64,000 bases of DNA from Deltaproteobacteria bacterium (GTDB taxonomy: Bacteria > Bdellovibrionota > Bdellovibrionia > Bdellovibrionales > JAMPXM01). Shown piece after piece: positions 58,857 to 64,000 of this stretch. The position numbers were made by a program, and so were the translations under genes. The DNA lies in contig JAFLCB010000010.1 in assembly GCA_017302795.1 (NCBI GenBank), forward strand, positions 34,065-98,064, in the 5' to 3' direction. Below the pieces are notes generated by a model. The model did not search any database. It saw only the letters and a program-made list of their open reading frames with translations, and was not told the origin of the DNA. Within the stretch, counting starts at the first letter, position 1. The number at the start of each line of letters is the position of its first letter.

Positions 58857-59414
58857 TGCTCATCATCATGAAAACCACGCGTCGCATTGGTCAACGCGTT
58901 TAATGGAATGGATGACATCGGTCGAATGATTGTTAGGGATGTTGAAAGCCCATTAAATTGCCGGTATCGCGATCGTGAACCAAGACAGCGAAAATCGTGT
59001 CCGAAGGGTTTAAAGCCCGCCAGCGCAGTGGATAGGAACTTGTTCGGTTCCGACCAACATTCACTCAACGCATGTGCTGTTCGTGTCCTGCGGCTAGATC
59101 GCTGTGGTGGAAATGAGTGGCTACGGTGAAATCGATAAATATATCCAACTCCGAGCCAGTCACTGCTCCTTGCGTTCGTTGGCAATTTATCGACGATAAG
59201 CCGGGAGCCGCAGTGTAGCCTCCAAGTCAGTGGCCGCCGAAAGAGGCAAACCACCCGAAGCATTTTGGCCGTTGCTCAATGATAGGCTTGGATCCCCGCC
59301 TGATGGACAGTTTTCGAAAGAAGGGGACCATGAGACACCCCCCAAAGTCCGAAAGCGTGGCAGAACGGCATTTTACGTCGATTTAAGAATAGTAAGTAAT
59401 TATAAATACTTAAT

Positions 59415-59442
59415 AGTCACACTTATAACTATAAGTGTGACT
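59415..59442. repeat. 28-bp palindrome with recombinase-core-site or operator architecture
   Basis: AGTCACACTTA-TAACTA-TAAGTGTGACT reads as 11-bp perfect inverted arms around 6 bp, or 13-bp arms around AC. It sits in an AT-rich patch between the recombinase and HTH genes. Confidence 0.9.
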
Positions 59443-59615
59443 TTGAAACATATGGCAGTCGACATTCGGACAAAACCGAATGGAAACGTGAAAAAAGCTT
59501 GAGATTTCATGGATCTAGACTTGCCAAATCTAACCGAGGCTGATTCGATGTTGTGAAACGCATCGGTTTAAGTTGTGATTTAGATTGTTTCTGATGTGTT
59601 TCACAAGGGGTCCAG

Positions 59616-60272
59616 ATGGATTTGCGAACTGAAGTTTCACCAGATACACACCCAGAAGCGCCAGCAGAAGTACCATTCGATGTGCCATTGGCAGAGGGGG
59701 CCTCATCACCACCTGGCTTCCAGCGAGCCAGATCGAGCCTTCGCCAGCGATATGAAGCAGAGGCTAGGGTCATCGAAAAACGATTGGGCGGCTTGGAATC
59801 CGTTCGGGAATCACTCGGTTTAAGCCAAAGGAAGATGGCGCAACTGCTTTTAGTTGATCCTTCGGCATGGACCAGATGGACAAGCGGGGATACAGCTCCG
59901 CCTCATGTTTGGCGTTCCCTCGCTTGGTACTTAGCACTTCAAGATAAATATCCAGCTTTGGACGCAGCATTTTGGCTTCAAGGCGTTGCACGAGCGGCGG
60001 ATGGTGATCGAATTTCTCAAAACGCAGACGAAATTCGGGCTGGGCGACTTCAAACGCGCAGTCTTGAACTCAAAGTCCAGGAACTGATGAACGAACTCGA
60101 AAGCCTGAAAGCTCGCTCAAAGGACTCAACCGCAGGACCATCGGGCGAACTCGATGAAACACAGCAAAAGGAACGACGCGCTCAGGTAGAAACTCGGGCG
60201 CTAGCCAACTTTTTTCTTGCTGTCACATTCGCGGCGCTCGGCTATGTGATCGCGGTCTATTTGGCGAAGTGA
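59616..60272 (+). CDS. tail-anchored XRE/MqsA-like helix-turn-helix protein
   Basis: 218 aa. HTH segment LGLSQRKMAQLLLVDPSAWTRWTSGDTAPPHVWRSLAWYLAL, a coiled-coil (LELKVQELMNELESLKA) and a C-terminal TM helix (FFLAVTFAALGYVIAVYLAK). Confidence 0.65.
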   Translation: MDLRTEVSPDTHPEAPAEVPFDVPLAEGASSPPGFQRARSSLRQRYEAEARVIEKRLGGLESVRESLGLSQRKMAQLLLVDPSAWTRWTSGDTAPPHVWRSLAWYLALQDKYPALDAAFWLQGVARAADGDRISQNADEIRAGRLQTRSLELKVQELMNELESLKARSKDSTAGPSGELDETQQKERRAQVETRALANFFLAVTFAALGYVIAVYLAK

Positions 60273-60324
60273 CCGGCCTCCTGCGCAGACGAGCCAGTGT
60301 CACTTTCTGGGACGTTCCAGATTG

Positions 60325-60338
60325 CGAATTGCAATTCG
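60325..60338. promoter_or_regulatory. perfect 14-bp palindrome upstream of the large lipoprotein gene (candidate operator)
   Basis: CGAATTGCAATTCG lies about 120 nt upstream of the ATG at 60460. Confidence 0.35.
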
Positions 60339-60459
60339 ATTTCTAATTTTGCATAGAAAGTTTTGTACGATTTTCTCCGATAAGAAAGAAGCCAGAAACC
60401 ATGATTTTCAATGGGGTTTCTGGGGAGTTTCTTCCTCTTGAATTTTTCTGGAGACGTAC

Positions 60460-63111
60460 ATGAAAAAAGAGCTATTCTCTCGAATTGTCTCTCCAACTGT
60501 CAGACTAGCAATGTCGTTCGCACTTTCGATCAGCGCGATCTCTGTTTTCAGCGGCTGCACGCGAAAAGAAGAAACCTCTTCGATCACGGTCGCCATGCCG
60601 GATTGGAACAAATTAACGAGCAAAAAGCAGGGCAAAACCGCGGGCACACTTTCAGGAAGCAAAGCTTCATCCGTTAACACACTTGCAACGGTCACGGTCG
60701 TTAGCCGGGTTATGATCAATGTTTCAGGCCCCGATATTCAAAACCAAATCGTCTACATCTGGGAACTCGGCGATAACTATCAAGGCGGAGCGACCATTCC
60801 GACTCCACCTCCGGAGCACACGCTAATTGTACCGAGAGGGTCTAATCGTTTGATTCAAGTCTTAGCAATTCTAGAAGAGATCGACACGGCTTCTGAAGGC
60901 GGTGGCGGCGGGCCGATGTCATTTTATTACGGTGAAACTGTGAAGTCGATCGCCAACGCGGTCGAGCCGGTGACAATTGCACTCGCTCAGGAGAGCGCTG
61001 CCAGCGCGGGCGATGGCTCGATTTCTGGGCGATACTTTAATGCTGATGGCTCGACACCAACAGGCCCAGTTGATATGTACTATGCGCCCTTTGGCCGACG
61101 ACCAATGATCGTCGAACGTACCAGCATTTTTAGCGGGCACTTTCATTTCTATTTGATGCCGACTGTGCCGTTTACGTTCCGAATGCGCGAAACAGGTACA
61201 CCTCTTTTTGAGAACGTCACAACCGCCAGTTTCGGGACCACAAATCAGTACTCCAACCGTCTTCTTCAAATCGCCGTGCCAGCTGGTTATAGCGAATACA
61301 GTGGAGGCGGACCGCGTAGGCTACGAAGTGCGCGATCGAAAGTCGTCGGCTTCACAGGGCCGGGAGCTGCGCTTGTTGGCCGTGCAACCTGTTATCCAAC
61401 TCCGACTGGACCTCTTCCAGGTTTCTTCGATGCAGCGACCGGCGGCAATGAAATCTTGTGGAATCCGGTGAGTATACTTCCGACCGAGGTTCGCATTCTC
61501 GGCGGCGGCATTGGCACTAGCAATGGCGAATGCAGTGCTTACACGGATGTTGGTGTGAATAGCTTTCCGATTTACATTGATAAACTCATGGATGGCGATT
61601 CGCCGCTTGGCAACCGCGGACCATTTAAAATGTTTGATCTTGGCTCCGGCCTCGGAAGTACATTCCTCGATGTTTCCGTCGCGAACGGAAACCTTGAAAT
61701 CAAATGGGAATATTTGGCAGAAGTTGTCGGCAACAGTGTCGATGGTGTTGGTATCTTCTATAAAATTTTGCCTCCTACTCAAAGCATGGAAGATCGTTGG
61801 CACGACAATGCACCGTGCAATCAACTTCAGGGGCTAGGTTTTACTGAAATCACGCGAGTCCCAACGGGGAGCAATGCTGCAAATCCCGTCGATAGTTATT
61901 CTTGGACCACGCCTAATTTGATAGCTTACAATGCCGGCCGCCTTAAAACAGTCGTATGTCCATATAGAAATTCAAAACCCGGCTATTACGACTATGCCCT
62001 TAGTCACTATCAAAAATCAGGTGGCGGACCAACAGCCACGAAAATCATGGCGACCTCAATTTCCGAGCCAACTACGACATCCGCCGCAGGCAACCCGCAA
62101 CAAATTGTTGAATCCACATGTACAGTTCTTCGGATTGCAACGACCGATGCGACCGGAATTGTCGCTCGTCGAGCCGGCGGCACGGGCACGACACAGCTTT
62201 CGGTTTCAGCTATCGGCGCACCGTCTGGTGTTCGATTCTACAATGACTTTGCGTGCACAGATCCTGGTGGCGGATTAGCCACAATCACGCCATATCTTTT
62301 CAACGACGTAGCCCTCATTGGAATGAAAGCGGACAGTACTGTCACTTCATTTCAATTGGAAGTTATCGATATCACTCCTGGCGGCACGTCGCTTCCCTCA
62401 ACAACGCATTACATGTCGCGTGTTTCACCGATGGCCGCGCAAAACATTCTCACCCTAACAAAGCCAACCATAAAAGCTTGGCAATGCTATCCGATTGCCT
62501 ACTTGCGTGGACGGGTTGCTGGGCCTGTTTTTCTTGGCGAAGGGGGTATCTCTGCATCGCTGACTCTCGCTGGTGCGGCCGACCTCTATCACTACCAAGA
62601 TAGTCAGTGCGACAACCCGGCAAGTCCGTCTGTTCCGCTAGCGGCGGATCAATCCTCGGCTTTGCGGTACTTCAAATATACTGGGAGCGCTGGCACGGTA
62701 AACGTGACCCCTGACATTACGAATTTTAGTCCTCTAACTCAGGGAGTAAGAATTTTGATTGTCAGCCAGCCTGCGGCACCGAATTCGCTTCGCTACGAAA
62801 TACAAGAAAATCTCAACGCCGGCGGGTGTTATCCGTTTAGGCTGGTCGCCGTAAACAGTCTCAAAGAATACTCACCAGTCCCGAACGATCAATTTTTGCT
62901 TTACACATTTAGCAGTGCGGCAGCGGGAATGAGCGGCGTGTACACTGACCCTGGCTGCTCCGCAGCTGCTGGCAGTGCGGTTGGTATTTTGTCTGGCAAC
63001 ACAAAGAGCCCAGTTCACTATCTTCGATGGGATACAACCGGGCCTTTGACGCTTCATGGAAGCGGCACTTCGATTCCCGTCGAATATTTGAACTTGTTCG
63101 TCAATCCGTGA
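60460..63111 (+). CDS. large (883 aa) lipoprotein, beta-rich, probable surface or adhesin-like protein
   Basis: GGAGA RBS and lipobox VFSGCT. Gly/Thr/Ser/Pro-rich composition with no enzymatic motif. No family recognised. Confidence 0.75.
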   Translation: MKKELFSRIVSPTVRLAMSFALSISAISVFSGCTRKEETSSITVAMPDWNKLTSKKQGKTAGTLSGSKASSVNTLATVTVVSRVMINVSGPDIQNQIVYIWELGDNYQGGATIPTPPPEHTLIVPRGSNRLIQVLAILEEIDTASEGGGGGPMSFYYGETVKSIANAVEPVTIALAQESAASAGDGSISGRYFNADGSTPTGPVDMYYAPFGRRPMIVERTSIFSGHFHFYLMPTVPFTFRMRETGTPLFENVTTASFGTTNQYSNRLLQIAVPAGYSEYSGGGPRRLRSARSKVVGFTGPGAALVGRATCYPTPTGPLPGFFDAATGGNEILWNPVSILPTEVRILGGGIGTSNGECSAYTDVGVNSFPIYIDKLMDGDSPLGNRGPFKMFDLGSGLGSTFLDVSVANGNLEIKWEYLAEVVGNSVDGVGIFYKILPPTQSMEDRWHDNAPCNQLQGLGFTEITRVPTGSNAANPVDSYSWTTPNLIAYNAGRLKTVVCPYRNSKPGYYDYALSHYQKSGGGPTATKIMATSISEPTTTSAAGNPQQIVESTCTVLRIATTDATGIVARRAGGTGTTQLSVSAIGAPSGVRFYNDFACTDPGGGLATITPYLFNDVALIGMKADSTVTSFQLEVIDITPGGTSLPSTTHYMSRVSPMAAQNILTLTKPTIKAWQCYPIAYLRGRVAGPVFLGEGGISASLTLAGAADLYHYQDSQCDNPASPSVPLAADQSSALRYFKYTGSAGTVNVTPDITNFSPLTQGVRILIVSQPAAPNSLRYEIQENLNAGGCYPFRLVAVNSLKEYSPVPNDQFLLYTFSSAAAGMSGVYTDPGCSAAAGSAVGILSGNTKSPVHYLRWDTTGPLTLHGSGTSIPVEYLNLFVNP

Positions 63112-63267
63112 TATCGGGGCTTGCTGCATAGCTTCCTAGACTTCAAACGAAAGGATCGAGGGAACTCGATCCCAACAGAGTCTTCACTCTTTCTTCTGTT
63201 GCGTGTTGCACCAACCCACGCTTACTGTCGATCACCAGCGAAAATAGAAACTTTGAGTGAGGTTACG

Positions 63268-64000
63268 ATGAGCAGTACACGAGGAACGTTTGAATTGCTT
63301 GGTCAACACGGCGAACACGAACAAGTTGTTTTCTGCCACAATAAAGATGTGGGCCTGAAAGCCATCATCGCGATTCACAACACGACGCTAGGTCCCGCAC
63401 TTGGGGGCACGCGCATGTGGAACTACCGAAACGAAGAAGAGGCGCTTATCGACGTGTTGCGACTCTCGAAAGGCATGACATATAAAGCCTCCGCTGCTGG
63501 TCTCAATCTTGGTGGCGGAAAAGCAGTCATTATCGGCGACCCGAAAACAATGAAGACTGAAGGGCTCTTTCGTGCATTCGGCCGCTTTGTCAACTCACTG
63601 AACGGACGCTACATCACTGCTGAGGACGTAGGCACGACGGTTCGTGAAATGGAATATGTCTTCATGGAAACCTCTTGGGTTACAGGAATTCCAAAAGCCT
63701 TTGGCGGCTCCGGCGACCCAAGCCCGTACACAGCGCACGGTGTCCTGATGGGGATCAAAGCGTCGGCAAAAGAAAAATTTGGCGCCGATAATCTTAAGGG
63801 CTTGAAAATCGCAGTTCAAGGTCTAGGAAGTGTGGGTTTCCATCTTGTAGAGTATTTGACGACCGAAGGAGCCGAAGTCACGGTTGCCGACATCGATATG
63901 GACAAAGTGAAACGCGTTGCTGATCGATTTAATTGCAAAACAGTTGCGCCCGACCAGATTACTATCACCGAGTGCGATATCCTAGCGCCGTGTGCTCTAG
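63268..64000 (+). CDS. leucine (Glu/Leu/Phe/Val family) dehydrogenase, 3' end beyond window
   Basis: ATG at 63268. [11 protein letters not shown]...[17 protein letters not shown]...[15 protein letters not shown] (catalytic Lys region) and GLGSVG (NAD fold). Not in the ORF track because it runs off the window edge. Confidence 0.9.
   Translation, partial: MSSTRGTFELLGQHGEHEQVVFCHNKDVGLKAIIAIHNTTLGPALGGTRMWNYRNEEEALIDVLRLSKGMTYKASAAGLNLGGGKAVIIGDPKTMKTEGLFRAFGRFVNSLNGRYITAEDVGTTVREMEYVFMETSWVTGIPKAFGGSGDPSPYTAHGVLMGIKASAKEKFGADNLKGLKIAVQGLGSVGFHLVEYLTTEGAEVTVADIDMDKVKRVADRFNCKTVAPDQITITECDILAPCAL

Noticed and set aside
58954-59189. The 9-bp inverted repeat TAAATTGCC / GGCAATTTA, flanking about 218 bp, as fimS-like inversion borders
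   Set aside because: Roughly one 9-mer inverted match is expected by chance in a region of about 760 bp (about 760^2/2 pairs over 4^9). There is no extended similarity in the flanks. I keep it only as something to test with read data.
59196-59351. RNase P RNA or tmRNA in the long spacer. The motifs seen were ATAAGCCGGG, the reverse complement of CCCGGCTTAT (59196-59205), and AAAGTCCG (59344-59351).
   Set aside because: The two RNase-P-like motifs lie on opposite strands, and the conserved ACAGAA and GAGGAAAGUCCGGGC contexts are missing. There is no tRNA-like 3' end and no tag reading frame for tmRNA.
59551-59606. TGTGA...TCACA as a CRP-binding site
   Set aside because: The half-sites are 38 nt apart rather than 6. 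I treat it instead as a leader hairpin or operator candidate.
59152-60304. The direct repeat CGAGCCAGT(..)CACT at 59152 and 60290, flanking the HTH gene, as att sites
   Set aside because: The exact match is only 9 nt and includes an indel, which is within chance expectation for these region sizes.

Overview
A 64-kb chromosomal window from a Gram-negative bacterium. The evidence for Gram-negative is lipoprotein lipoboxes, beta-barrel outer-membrane proteins (OMPs) and LipB. The many orphan secreted proteins recall Bdellovibrio-like or other deltaproteobacterial-type lineages, but I cannot verify this from the sequence alone. I call about 60 protein genes and one tRNA.

Most of the window is tightly packed housekeeping DNA:
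- hup, argS and pyk
- a thiolase-scoA-scoB-PQQ dehydrogenase operon
- miaB, a bifunctional-nuclease-like gene, a gamma-carbonic anhydrase, guaB and guaA
- dnaE and lipB
- glyA, rpiB, and rpmF followed by the fabH-fabD-fabG-acpP-fabF operon
- a partial leucine dehydrogenase gene at the right edge

Five stretches look accessory or unusual:
1. 29.2-35.8 kb. This decayed, island-like segment starts directly 3' of tRNA-Val(GAC). It holds about 1 kb of ORF-poor DNA, a DUF222-type HNH nuclease gene, a frameshifted gene, a possible transposase relic and orphan secreted proteins.
2. 35.8-43.6 kb. This minus-strand block holds a GH3 lipoprotein, a type III PKS and an ICMT-type methyltransferase. It also holds an OMP plus a metal-type ABC transporter lacking a binding protein, and an Atm1-like exporter.
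3. 44-46 kb. Two tandem paralogous OMP genes.
4. 56.18-56.28 kb. A perfect 3x30-bp tandem repeat sits in the fab operon leader, where plsX normally lies.
5. 57.4-63.1 kb. This is my best candidate for an undescribed system. A FimB/FimE-sized tyrosine recombinase is translationally coupled to a lipoprotein gene. Next to it lie a 759-bp ORF-free helix-rich spacer with a dif/lox-like 28-bp palindrome, a tail-anchored XRE/MqsA-like HTH protein and an 883-aa lipoprotein.

No CRISPR array, rRNA gene or intact IS element was seen. All family calls come from motifs read by eye; no database search was run.
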